From NCBI RefSeq assembly GCF_009914755.1, contig NC_060937.1: a DNA stretch of 64,000 bases, one strand, 5' to 3'. The position numbers and the translations under genes are program-made. The stretch is from the human T2T-CHM13v2.0 reference genome, Homo sapiens. The notes below the pieces were generated by a model. That model did no database searches. It was not told where the DNA came from and was given only the letters and a program-made list of their open reading frames with translations. Of this stretch, positions 27,705-41,192 are shown piece after piece; the first letter of the stretch is position 1; every line of letters begins with the position of its first letter.

Positions 27705-29935
27705 CTGAGCATAAGGAAGCCAGTTAGGAAAGTGCATCTATGTGGATACAGGGGAAGAGCAATCCTTATTATCTTGAGTCCTCTGATGCTGGGATGGCTT
27801 CAATGCTTGATCTTGAGGTAACAGCAGGAATCAACTGGTCTTCAATCCCTTGCGGACAGTGAGGACAGTGCGTTACAACCACTCTGGCTCACAATAGCTA
27901 CTCAATAGCTTTCTTCAACGTTGTTGCATTACTGAATGTATTACTTTTAGAAATTAAATTACAGCCATCTTCTGCAGTTGGTATAAATTCATTCCTTTCT
28001 CTTAAACATTTCAATCTCTTCTTCAGAGTTTGATAGTTTTTGACCACTGATTCCTTCCTGAAATTCTTTCTTCCCTAGGATATATACCCTTATGGAATTA
28101 CTTTTGGTTTTCACTGCTCAATTTTCTTCTTTCTTCCTCTTCTTCTATATGTACTTTCCCCAAAGATCTACACGTTAACTTTTTCTCTTTTCTTCCTAAA
28201 CCAGCCCTCTACAATCTCGTCCATGTCAAGGAATTCAGCTTTCTCCTAGTCATATCCTAATCTCTTTCTGCACTCAGCCCCACTCCTGGAACTTCACTCT
28301 TGTCCTCTTTCAAAGTCCTAGTTCCAGATTTCTAACTTCTTAAAGAAGCCACCACTCTTCCTTAACTAGGAAAAACAATTAAATAATGAAGTCATGTTGT
28401 AATCCCTGTTTTTCCTTGGCCTCACTTTCAATCGGTTCATAAATTCATAAAACATCTATAAATTGAGTCCCTGCCAGCAAGAAGGCATTGTGTTAGTGCT
28501 GCAGGTGTAAGACTTGGGCCCTGCCTTCAAGAATGTAAACGAGCCTCAATTTATAACATCTTATTCCTCCTTTTTGTTTCTGCCATTGACCTGTTTTGCA
28601 GTAGTCTCACTTCCCACATGAACTATTGCAATGAACTATTTTTCTGGTCTTCCTGCCTCCAGCATCTTGCTTCTCCAGTTAATCCTAACTTTGGTGCTAG
28701 AAAAGACATTTCTGGATCATACCACTCATCAGTGTGATCCCTTGATTAAAAACTTCCCATCTCCCCCCTCACCACCATCCCCTACACCCATTTGACTACA
28801 CTTACCAAAAAATTTTAAGGAAAAGCTTGGCACAATCTCTACTGATGTTCTGAGAAACACCATATTTCCTCTGAAATGATTTTTGCCTTTAAACTATACC
28901 AATTGGGTTGAGAAGAGTCTTTATGGCTTAGAATCAAATGAAACATTTTACCTGGTGACAAAAACCAAGAGTATGTTAGATTCAAAGAACTGTTTCATCA
29001 CTGTCTGAAGAAATGTTTCATTAGTGTCTTCATAAAAAGAGATAGACAAAATTATGTCTTTCAAGAACACATCTTATGTAAACGACACAGAGTAACTGAT
29101 CAGTATCACTTATGAGTGGGATAGTATTAAGTAGAAATATGCTTTGAGACTAGCTCTTCTACTGAGTAGTTACAGGTGACCTTGGATTACTTTCCAGCTC
29201 AGATAATCTAGGACTCTCTTTCAGATAGCACTTACCTTTCTTTTACTTACTCATCCATTAATACAGCACCACATAAAGCCCTGAGAATTCAACATTGAAC
29301 ACAACAGACATAATCCTCACTCACTTGGGTTTTTCTTTGTTGGTCCAACTCCCTGGCTAGTTTCAATGGCAAAACCAGATTTCAAGACTAAAGATTTATT
29401 TAATAGTTAAAACCTAAACATCTGCTTGTCCTAAGGCACTATAATGGACTAAGAACGGCTGCCCAAGAGATTGGAATAAGGATGGGGTCAAATAAGGTGA
29501 AAGATTTGGGGAAAATGAATATATATCCCCCAAAACGTAAAGTGAGTGATAAAAAAGTTTACATTAGAAAAGCAGCATAGACTTAAAAGTAGATCATCTA
29601 TTTTATATGTATGTTTAGTAAGAAACAGACTAGTGATTTTGAAATTTTGGTTGGGGATCCCAGGGTGTAAATTTTTGCCATATGAAAGAAAGTTTCAGTT
29701 TTAGGAAGCAAGGAACAGTAGAAAATCTATGAGCTCTAGAGTGAGAAAACCTGACTTGATGGTCAGTGCTGCCATTTAGTAGTTGTGGAACCTTGAGAAA
29801 GTCACTTATCATCCTTAGGCTTGAGTTGATTAATTTGTAGCAATAATAATAGCTAATGTGGAAGTGCATATAATGAGTCAAGTGCTTTATATACATTATC
29901 TCTGTAATCCTATGATATCCCCATGAGGTAGCATG

Positions 29936-32155
29936 TTTTTTTATTGTGGTAAAAAAACACAACATAAAATTTACCATCTTAACCATTTTTAAGTGATAAA
30001 AAATAACTTCTTAATGTGTTAAGAGGTAACACATTAGTGTTTTTTCTATGTACATGTTGTGTAATGGGTCTCCACATCTTTTTCATCTTGCAAAACTGAA
30101 ATTCTATATCAATTAAGCAACAACCTCCCCATTTCCCCCTCCCCCCCAGCCACTGACAGTCATCATTCTACTTTCTGTGACTATGAGTTTGACTTCTTTG
30201 GATACCTCATGGAAGTGGAATCATGTCGAATTTGTCTTTTTGTGATTGGCTTATTTCACTTAGCATAATGACCTCAAGGCTCACACACGTTGTAGCATAT
30301 AACAAGATTTCCTTCTTTTTTAAGGCTAAATAGTATTCTACTTTATGTATATACCACGTTTTCTTCATGCTTTCACTCATCATCAATGGACATTTAGGTT
30401 GCTTTTACCTCTTGGCTAGTGTGACTGACACAACAATGAACTTGGGGTGCAAATCTCTTTGAGCTCTTGGCTTTAATCCTTTTAGAGATATACTAAGAAG
30501 TAGAATTGCTGGATTATATGACAATTCTATTTATAATCTTTTTTAGGAACTTCCATTCTGTTTTCCATAGCAGCTGCACTGTTTTTTATTCCCATCAACA
30601 ATACACAAGTGTTCCAATTTCTCCACATCATTGCCAAGACTTCTTATTTTGTTGTTTGTTAGTTTGTTTTTGGTAATGACCACCCCTATGAATATGAGGT
30701 GATATCTCATTGTGGTTTTTATTTGCATTTTCCTGATAATTAGTGATACCAAGCATCTTTTCATATACTTCTTGGCCATTTGTATATCTTCTTTGAAGAA
30801 ATATCTATTCAAGTCTTTTGCCCATGTTTTTAAATCAGGCAATTTGTTTGTGTTGTTGTTGTTAAGTTGTAGAAGTTCTTATATATTCTAGATATTAACC
30901 ATTTATCTGATGTATGGTTTGCATATATTTTCTTCCATTTCATAGGTTGCTTTTTCAATCTTGACAGTTTCCTTTGCTGTGTAGGAGTTTTTAAGTTTGA
31001 TGTAGTCCCATTTGTCTATTTTTGCTTTGCTGCCTGTGTTTTGCATGTCATATCAAATAAATTTTTGCAAATCCAATGTCATTAAGCTTTTCTCCTGTTT
31101 CCTTCCAGAAATTTTATAGTTTTCAGGTCTTACATTCAGCTATTTTATCCATTTTGAGTTATTTTTATATGTGGCATAAGGCAAGGATCCAACTTCATTC
31201 ACTGGTATGTAAATATCCAGTTTTCCCATTTATTGAGGAGACTGTCGTTTTCTCATTATGTAGTCTTGATGAGCTCATTGAAGACCATCTGACCGTATAC
31301 ACGAGGATTTGTTCCTTGGCTCTCTATTCTGTTCCATTGTTCCATATGTCTGTCTTCATGCCGGTAACATACTGTTTTGATTACTGAAGCTTAGTAACAT
31401 GTTTGAAATCAGGAAGTATGAAGCCTCCAACTTTGTCCTTCTTTTTCAAGATTGTTTTGGCTATTCAGGATCCTTTGAGATCCCACATCCATTTTAGAAT
31501 TTTTTCTACTTCTGCAAAATAAAAAAATCCCATTGGGATTTTGATAGGTATTGCACTGGATCTCTAGATCACTTTGAGTAGTATAAACATTTTAACAATC
31601 TTGTCTTCTAATCCATGGTATGAGATTTCCTTCCATTTACTTGTATCTTTAATTTCTTTCAGCAATGTCTGCAGTTTTCAATGTACAAGTCTTTTGCCTT
31701 TTGGTTAAGTTTATCCTTAAGTATCTTATCCTTAAGGATCCCTAAGTTTATCCTTAAGTATTTTATCCTTAAGTATCCTTAAGTTTATCCTTAAGTATTT
31801 TATCCTTAAGGATCCTTAAGTTTATCCTTAAGTATTTTATCCTTAAGGATCCTTAAGTTTATCCTTAAGTATTTTATCCTTAAGGATCCTTAAGTTTATC
31901 CTTAAGTATCCTTATTTCCTTTTGATAGTACTATAAGTAGTATTGTTTTCTTAATTTCATTTTCAGATTGATAATTGTTCATGTATAGCAATGCAACTGA
32001 TGTTCGCATGTTGGTTTTGTATCATGCAGCTTTGCTGAATTTGCTTATTAGTTCTAACCATTTTTTGGTGGAGTCTTTATTGTTTTCTACATATAAGATC
32101 ATGTCATCTGCAAACAGAGATACTTTCATTTATCACTTCCCAAGTTGGATATCTT
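29936..32155 (-). mobile_element. 5'-truncated old L1 (L1MA/L1MB-type), ~2.2 kb
   Basis: Antisense 3' UTR plus ORF2 remnants; ORF 30543-30842 reads WAKDLNRYFFKEDIQMAKKYMKRC, the ORF2p C-terminal region. Confidence 0.92.
31705..31915. repeat. 37-bp minisatellite, ~5.5 copies (TTAAGTTTATCCTTAAGTATTTTATCCTTAAGGATCC)
   Basis: Units start at 31705, 31742, 31779, 31816, 31853 and 31890 (partial). Confidence 0.95.
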
Positions 32156-32638
32156 GTGTAGGGTGCCATTATTAAGATTGTATTATAAATGAGTAAACTG
32201 TGTTCTGTCATATTTCTGAATTTGTTGTGAGGATTCCATGAGCTTACAGGTATGAAATTGTTTTGTAAACTATTTCAGGGCCATTGATTTCTACAATCTA
32301 TTAAGTGTCAAAACAGACCTCTATTCATAGAAAGTAGATCTAAGTTAATTCTTAGCACTAATGGAGGTCAATAAAGATAGAAACAATGGAATGAGTAAAA
32401 GGAACCTAGTGAATGTTTAAAATCTAGCTAAGAAATAACTTGGGTATTCAACACAATAGAATAAAACCGTAATTGATATTAATGCAGTTTTTGTATTAAT
32501 AAAAACTGCATTTTTATTAATGTTAAACTACAACAAAAGCTATGATAAAGCAGTTTTAGTTCTGAATCAAAGGTATTTTTCTAGGCAATTTCAGTCATGT
32601 ATGTATAAATGGAAAATAAAATTTAATTAAAAAGTATG

Positions 32639-33876
32639 CCCCTCCCCCTCCCCCTCCCCCTCTCCCCTTTGCACGGTCTCCCTCTGATGCCGAGCCGAGG
32701 CTGGACCATACTGCCGCCATCTCAACTCACTGCAACCTCCCTGCCTGATTCTCCTGCCTCAGCCTGCCCAATGCCTGGGATTGCAGGCGCGCACCGCCAC
32801 GCCTGACTGGTTTTCGTATTTTTTGGTGGAGATGGGGTTTCGCAGTGTTGGCCGGGCTGGTCTCCAGCTCCTGACCGCGAGTGATCTGCCAGCCTCAGCC
32901 TCCCGAGGTGCCGGGATGGCAGACGGAGTCGCGCTCACTCAGTGCTCAATGTTGCCCAGGCTGGAGTGCAATGGCCTGATCTAGGCTCACTACAACCTCC
33001 ACCTCCCAGCCGCCTGCCTTGGCCTCCCAAAGTGCAGAGATTGCAGCCTCTGTCCGGCCGCCACCCCGTCTGGGAAGTGAGGAGCGTCTCTGCCTGGCCG
33101 CCCATGGTCTGGGGTGTGGGGAGCCCCTCTGCCCCGCCGCCCCATCTGGGATGTAGGGAGCGCCTCTGCCTGGCCGCAACCCAGTCTGGGATCTGAGGAG
33201 TGTCTCTGCCCCGCCGCCACCCCATCTGGAAGGTGAGGAGCGTCTCTGACCGGCCGCCCCGTCTGAGAAGTGAGGAGCCCCTCCGCCCAGCAGCCGCCCC
33301 ATCCGGGAGGTGGGGGGCAGCCCCCACCCGGCCACCACCCTGTCTGGGAGGTGTACCCAACAGCTCATTGACAACGGGCCATGATGACGAGGGCAGTTTT
33401 GTCAAATAGAAAAGGGGGCAATGTGGGGAAAAGAAAGAGAGATCAGATTGTTACTGTGTCTGTGTAGAAAGAAGTAGACATAGGAGACTCCATTTTGTTC
33501 TGTACTAAGAAAAATTCTTCTGCCTTGGGATGCTGTTAATCTATAACCTTACCCTCAACCCCGTGCTCTCCGAAACATGTGCTGTGTCCACTAAGGGTTA
33601 AATGGATTAAGGGCGGTGCAAGACGTGCTTTGTTAAACAGATGCTTGAAGGCAGCATACTCCTTAAGAGTCATCACCACTCCCTAATCTCAAGTACCCAG
33701 GGACACAAACACTGCGGAAGGCGGCAGGGCCCTCTGCCTAGGAAAACCAGAGACCTTTGTTCACATGTTTATCTGCTGACCTTCCCTCCACTATTGTCCT
33801 ATGACCCTGCCAAATCCCCCTCTCCAAGAAACACCCAAGAATGATCAGTAAATACTAAAAAAAAAATAAAAAATAA
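32639..33876 (+). mobile_element. SVA retrotransposon (older, SVA_B/C-like; short VNTR)
   Basis: CCCCTC repeats, antisense Alu-like region, GC-rich VNTR, SINE-R and poly(A); TSD AAAAAGTATG at 32629-32638 and 33877-33886, at a TT/AAAA site. Confidence 0.96.
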
Positions 33877-35059
33877 AAAAAGTATGGAGTTAATAGTTTT
33901 ATGGTTAAAACTATTTTCAAAACACCTTTTCTTTACTATGTATTGAGTCTGATATATTTGGAGGCTTAGCTGGTGTGTCTTTGTCTGTTTTTCTGTTCTT
34001 AGAGCTTCCTAGTAATTCCTCTAAGTTAGCAGGTATATATTACTTCTCACTGTACAACAAAAACAGTCCCAGTCTTTTCCAAACTGCTGGCTCCTGCAAG
34101 CATGTATTCAGCCTCAGAAAACACCTCTCCATCACAACTCTCCTTCCTGGATGATGTGGCTACAGGAATTCCTATTCCTACTCTATTGCTGTTTTGCCAA
34201 GGAAGGCCCCCTCATTCCATCCCTACCGCCCACTCCATAGCACAGTGTACCTCCTCTTCTTCCTCATGGTACTCTTTGGTGGACACAACCATACTCAGCT
34301 ACCCCTCCTTTAAATACCACAAACATTCATTCAACATTTATTGAGCACTTACATGTTCTAAAGCTCTAAAGTACAAAAGTAAATAGAAATGTTGGAGTGT
34401 GGAAGGGGGAATGGTAGGCATCAAAGAGAGGCATTTCAGAGTAAAGACTTTCCTATAGGGAAGGCACAGATTCCTGCCAGTGTATGACCAATCCCACAAC
34501 CTGTGAGGAGTGTAGCTCCTCAGGGTGAAGAGTACCTGGGTGTGGGAAGGGCTACACCACAGCCAAGAGTGAAGGGCCTCTTATGCCACCTTAAGGAGTT
34601 CAGATTTTAATCCTATGGGTCATAGGGATTTTCAAGTATGGAATTAATTTTTTTTTCTCAAAAATGATACCTCTAGCAACAGTGTGAAGGATGAACCATA
34701 AAGGACAGAGAATCCGTGTGGCTGAGACACTTGTGACAGGCCAGGGATAATGGTGTCCCGGACTCAGCAGGGAGTGGTGGAGATGGGTGGGCAAAAACAG
34801 GGTCCCCGGGCCCTTACTGTTTCTCACAACATTTTGTTTCCTTCATAGAACTTGGAGATTCTCATATTATCAGTGGAGTGCAAGTTCCTTGGAACTATGT
34901 CAGCTTCGTTTACCTGTTAAGCCCAGGTCTGGCACCTGTAAGGTATTTAAGCACTGGTTTAAAGGTGGAAAGCAGGAACCAATGGCTAAGAGTGAGATGA
35001 GAGTAAGGGAGTATATGGCTTCCAGGTCTCTAACTTGGGCACTTATTTGGATGGGAATA

Positions 35060-35257
35060 GAGGTTGAGTATCCCTTACCTGAAATGCTTGGAACCAGAAG
35101 TGTTTCAGATTCCGGCTCTTTTTTTTTTTTTTTAATATTTGCATTATCCAAAATGCTTCAAAATCTGAAAGATTTTGAATGCCAACATGATGCTCAAAGG
35201 AAATGCTCACTGGAGCATTTCAGATTTTGGAGTTTTGGATTAGGGATGGTCAACTTG
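35060..35257 (+). mobile_element. Tigger4 (MER46)-type fossil with internal deletion
   Basis: Terminal inverted repeats AGGTTGAGTATCCCT / AGGGATGGTCAACTTG, flanked by TA. Confidence 0.85.
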
Positions 35258-35544
35258 TACCTTCATCTGGGAATGCCGATACCATGAAAGCTGAAAATCA
35301 GGATGTGGGAGGTGAAGGAGGAGAGTTAGTAAGTTCTCTGTGGATGAGGAATTAGTCTCAAGAGATAGGAAACTAAAGCTTGGATAGGTTAATAATTTTT
35401 CCAAAGTCACATTACTGGGAAATAGTAAAGCGACACTGGAATCCAGGTCCTCTGAACTTCAAAGTTATCAGTCACCCTCTCACTCCTTTCACCACCTGTC
35501 ACCTCTCACCACTCACCCCACCAGTCCTCTAGCAGACTTTTTAC

Positions 35545-36044
35545 ATAGACTACTGCTGCGATAATTCCTCACATCCCTGTATCTCTTTGAAATTTAGCCT
35601 TGCTGCTCCTCTTATCAAGAAGAGCCCTCAAATCTGGGTTTGGCCATGCCACTTGTTTTGACCAACAAATCAAGCAGAAGTGATGTGCAACTTATGAGCC
35701 TAGGGCTGAAGAGGTCTTTCAGCTTTTATGCTTACCCTCTTGGAACTCTGAGACAAGAAGCCCAGGCTAGCCTCCTTGGGGATAAGAGACCACATGTAGA
35801 GAAAGGCCAAGCTGACAGCTGAAACCAACCACGAGGCATCTGAGGGAGACACTATTAGGCCACAAAACTCCATCAAGTTGCCAATGAATTGTAACTGCAC
35901 AAGAAAGGAGAAACCAGCAGAAGAACTCAACAGCTGAGCCCTGACCAAATTGCCAACATACAGAACTGTGAACCAATAAATGACTGTTGTTTTCAGCCAT
36001 TAAATTTGAATTCGGTTGTCATGTAGCAATAGGTAACTGACACA
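35545..36044 (+). mobile_element. MaLR LTR (MLT1H-like)
   Basis: Typical 3' end: AATAAATGACTGTTGTTTTCAGCCA...GCAATAGGTAACTGACACA. Confidence 0.78.
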
Positions 36045-36340
36045 TCCCTACATCCAAATACAACACATTAAGCTGTCTCTGAAGTGAGGAAGAAAGAATC
36101 TCCTTAACACTGGCAAGGAGGAAAAAACTGTCAAATGTTAGGGACAGTTCCAGACATGTCCAATTATTAGAAACATAGGCTCCCTTGCTCTTAGAAATAA
36201 AAGGAAACTATTAAAACCGCAGAGCTGAGTTTCACTGTGAGTTAAATACGTCATTGTGGGTCAGCTGGAAACTCACCATCCTTTACTATTGGTTCTAGCG
36301 GAAAATTTTCTCATTTGAATAAAATAATTTATAAACTCAC

Positions 36341-36380
36341 TTGCTGGCAAACTGAGGATAATTTGTCCTAAGACATGACA
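36341..36380 (-). other. Candidate 40-nt minus-strand exon (alternative donor at 36277)
   Basis: Long pyrimidine tract ending in ...TGCAG|; donors CAA|GTGAGT (36341) and ATG|GTGAGT (36277). Confidence 0.25.
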
Positions 36381-37886
36381 CTGCATTTTATAAAATCAGA
36401 GTAAACAGAAAAAAGACAAGAAGAAGACAGAACACAATCTTCATCCGCACTTACATTCTCGCAGGAATGTTTATGAAAGAAAAAATATCCTGTGAATGCA
36501 AAAGACTCGTGCTTTGGGAAGAGAACAACTTCTAGCTGTAATTGAATCATTTGGGGCCACATTCTGTGGGTACCCTAAGGTGATTATGCTCAGAATGGAG
36601 GCTTTCAGAATGTCATTTAGCAAAAGAAAACATGGCTGGATACCAGTAATAAACTAATGCCCTTGAGCTACTTATTTTTTATGGCAAACTAATTGAAACA
36701 TACAAATTGTATAATGTTCCCTGCTTGTGAGAAGGGGCAGGACTGAAATGCAGATGATTGATTCTGAAATGGAGCCACTAAGATAAGGTTTCTTCTTCAA
36801 CAGAAAATATGTTACTGATCTAATTTCTGTGCAGCCAAGATAAGTGGAACTGTCATTCTGTCCTATTGGAAAGAACCTTTGTCTTCCATGAGAAAACAAA
36901 GCTGCACAGATACATTTTTGTTTCTAAAATAGATTTTCTTTTCTTTCATTCTCCCCCAACCTTTTTTGTAAAGTAATTTATAGGGAGTTGATTAAATTAA
37001 CTGGTAAACTCAAGAGGCCAGATTCTACTTTTAAATGCATGCCCATGGTTACTGTGAGCAGAAGAATGATATAGCCTAAGGACAATAAAATTACATTTTA
37101 TTCACCGTACAAGTAAGGATATTTGAAGGGTGCAGGAAGGGATGGGGTGGGCCTGTTATCCAGAGAAACATTGTAATGAATAAGCTCAAGCTTGGCAATT
37201 TTTTAATTCATTTTTTAGTGTGTGGGTAGAAGGGCAACTGCACTGTGTTCATAGACATAAATGCTTTGTCTGTCTCTTGAAGCAAAAGATAATAAATCCC
37301 AGGGTTATAATTTAAGACATGCGCATCAAAGAGAGGTAAGGAGAAGTGACTTAAGATGAATAAGTGGCTGTGTTGCTTCACAAAAGAGGAAAGCACTACC
37401 ATCAAGTCAGGGTTGGCTAGAACGTTACCTATTCATTCACTTTCTATGCACCTAATGTACCCCAGACAGGCACACACACATCTCTAGTCCACCTGAGCTT
37501 CTCAGGGCTGTATCTTTGTCTAAGTCTGTATGTCTAGGAACAGACAAGCATCTTCTAAAATCAGCCATTTGTTTCAACAATCACACCTGCTTAAATTTAA
37601 GTTTCATATTTCAATAGGTTTCATACCCCTATCAACATCTTTTTAAAAATTTTATTAATTCTATTGAATAAATATTTGTTGAGCACTTTCTGTGCAAAAC
37701 ACTGTGCTAGGTAGATCCAACGAGGATCCAAAGATATAGAAGATATTCTAAACCTTCACTCAGGTTATTAGACAAATAAAATAATAAAAATATTGATGAC
37801 CATAAAACAAAAACAAAAACTAAGAGAGAGAGAGAGAGGAGAGAATAAAACACTATGCGGTGGGATTTCAAAAGCAAAAAGAATTA

Positions 37887-38345
<459 letters not shown>

Positions 38346-38871
38346 AACGGCTGGAAAAAAGTCCAGAAGAGAAAGTGCGGCTTGGTTTGTCTGGAGCCAA
38401 GATACCAGGCGGCAGAGAGTCAGAATGGAGGGACACTCTGAGTGGGGACTTAGTACTCAATTCAGCAGGCGATGGGGGCAACGTGATGAGCACTGTGCTC
38501 AGATGATGGACAAGCAGACACGAATTCAACATGAGGTCTCTGCAACGCCGTCGCCAGGACAACTGCTCCATATGACCAGTGCCCTCTCATTTTTTTGGAG
38601 CTAGTCTTTTCATAACATGTTTCAGGGTGCCTAATATACGTTATATTAGATATAATATATATTTCTATCATATATTTTTGCAATTTGCTGTATATATAAC
38701 AGACACCAAATATAATATCAAGTACAATATCAAATATATTACATATCTATTGTATTACAAATTTTCAATTTGCTATATATTAGATATCCCAGTTATATAT
38801 GTATATGAATGGCCCTCACTTGTAAGTGCTGGAACCGTGATTCACTCACTCTACTGCTATCGCCCAAAACG

Positions 38872-39036
38872 CACAATTCTCAGCACTGGCTGAACTTCCC
38901 ATCACCTGAGATGCTTACAAAATAGTGGGTGCTGAGACCCCAATTCAAACCACTCTCAGTTGAGGTGCCCAGACACCCCAGGTTTTCATGAATGGCCAGG
39001 TGATTCTGACGTGCTAACAAGGTTGGGGACCACTGA
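38872..39036. mobile_element. MER5-family hAT fossil
   Basis: CATCACCTGAG...CCAGGTGATTCTGA...GGGACCACTG. Confidence 0.65.
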
Positions 39037-39210
39037 CACAAAGGGCTTTTCATGTCGGTGATTTACCTCATCTTCTGGGGGGTCCTTATATACTGCACTT
39101 GAAGACTCAATGAGGCTAAAAATATTAATTTTGAATAAATGGGCATATAACATTTTAAACTTACATTTCTATTATTGTCTTGACTTTCGAATGAGTCAGG
39201 GCTATCGTTA

Positions 39211-39486
<276 letters not shown>

Positions 39487-40880
39487 TTAATAGACTTTTA
39501 ATAACAAAGGAATTTTTAGTCACTACTTAAAACTGGAAGTCTATGGCGATCCTGGGCACGTGAGAGCATTAAGAGATTTGTGAGCTGTAGCTTCCAGTGT
39601 TACCTACCAGTTGGGGTCCAGACTTGAATGATGGGTGGGGAAGGAGCAGCAGGGCCTCTGGCCTTAGGTACAGTGACTCCCACTCCACACTGCTCCCCCA
39701 TCCCTCTATTCCTCTTCCCTGTTTTTTGTCTTTCTTTTCTCCTTCATTTATCTTCTTTTGTTTTGGTATTCCTCCCATTCCTTTCCCCTTTTGCTTCCCA
39801 TATTTTGATTTTTCTTCTTCCTCCACTTCTCCAGTCACTTTGTTTCTTTCTCACCATTATCCTTTCCCTTATTCAGTGTTTGGGTGTTCCCAAAACACCT
39901 GAATTACATAATATTTTAAATTATTAGTTGTATTTATTGAATGAGCTTGATACTCCCTGGTCTTAGATTTTAGGGTGGCAAGTTGAACATATCATCTAGT
40001 TTTCTTTAAAACAATAAATTTTAAATAAGCTACTTTTCACTAATAAGTTGGGAAATCATTTCTACTAAAGAAGAGAAAAGAAAACAAAACTCCTTGTTCC
40101 CCTTGCCAGATATTTCTGATAAAGGAAGATAAATGAGTACTATATTTTAAAGGCAGCCATTGCAAATGTGTTTCATGAAAAATAGGTGACATGCTACATG
40201 ACATTGAAATGACTGCTAGCTTTATACATTAAAATGAGGAAAAAAAAGTTGGGAACACGATAACATCATTTCCTAAATGGTAGGAGGATTTCGAAGCAGG
40301 GAAATCAACAGACACACAAAGGTTATCACTGGCCACAAGCAGCTGTCAATAAATTCCAATCCTAAGAGAACACACTAACGCACGATGACTCAGTTGACCA
40401 AAAAGAAAACACAATAGTATCTACACAAGGCCTTGACCTTACTTCTTCATTTTGTCACTGTTTCTTCCGTCTGTAATGGGTTTCTTAATATTCAGTCAGT
40501 CTATGTCTACGATTTCTTAAGTATGAATCTAAAAACGCATTTCTTCCAAGAATTCGTCTTTGACTCCACCTCCTTTCTTTGAATGATTTCTTTTCTCAAG
40601 GTTTCCTTAGCCACCTACAATGTGCCAGGCTTTTTGGTCATGAATTTGCCAATATTATTTCTAATCCCTGCAACAATCGTACAATGCAGATATTTGTATA
40701 CCATTTTGCAATTAAGGAAACTAAGCCTCAGAGAGTGTTAAATAACCTGTCTGTATCAATTAATACAGGTATAGTTGGTATTTAAATCTGCATGTTTAAT
40801 TCCAATGACAGTATCCTTTCCACTTCCTCAAACTGTCTCCCTTTCGTTTCTTCCTAATGCCATCATACACCAATTATCTG

Positions 40881-41192
<312 letters not shown>

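Noticed and set aside
30543-31387. ORFs of 99 and 103 aa
   Set aside because: One is a decayed L1 ORF2 remnant and the other an L1 antisense frame.
31705-31915. 37-bp palindromic repeats as a CRISPR array
   Set aside because: The units are head-to-tail with no unique spacers, sit inside an L1 in primate DNA, and have no cas genes nearby.
32781-33844. Cluster of overlapping ORFs up to 156 aa
   Set aside because: They come from the GC-rich SVA Alu-like, VNTR and SINE-R sequence, not from genes.
34787-35287. Longest ORF in the track (166 aa)
   Set aside because: It uses a non-ATG start, runs through a Tigger4 fossil and a poly(T), and has no recognisable domain.
38484-38560. GTGATGA as a snoRNA C box
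   Set aside because: No suitably placed D box (CTGA) or terminal stem.
39569-39927. Hydrophobic and charged ORFs on both strands
   Set aside because: They arise from a low-complexity polypyrimidine tract.
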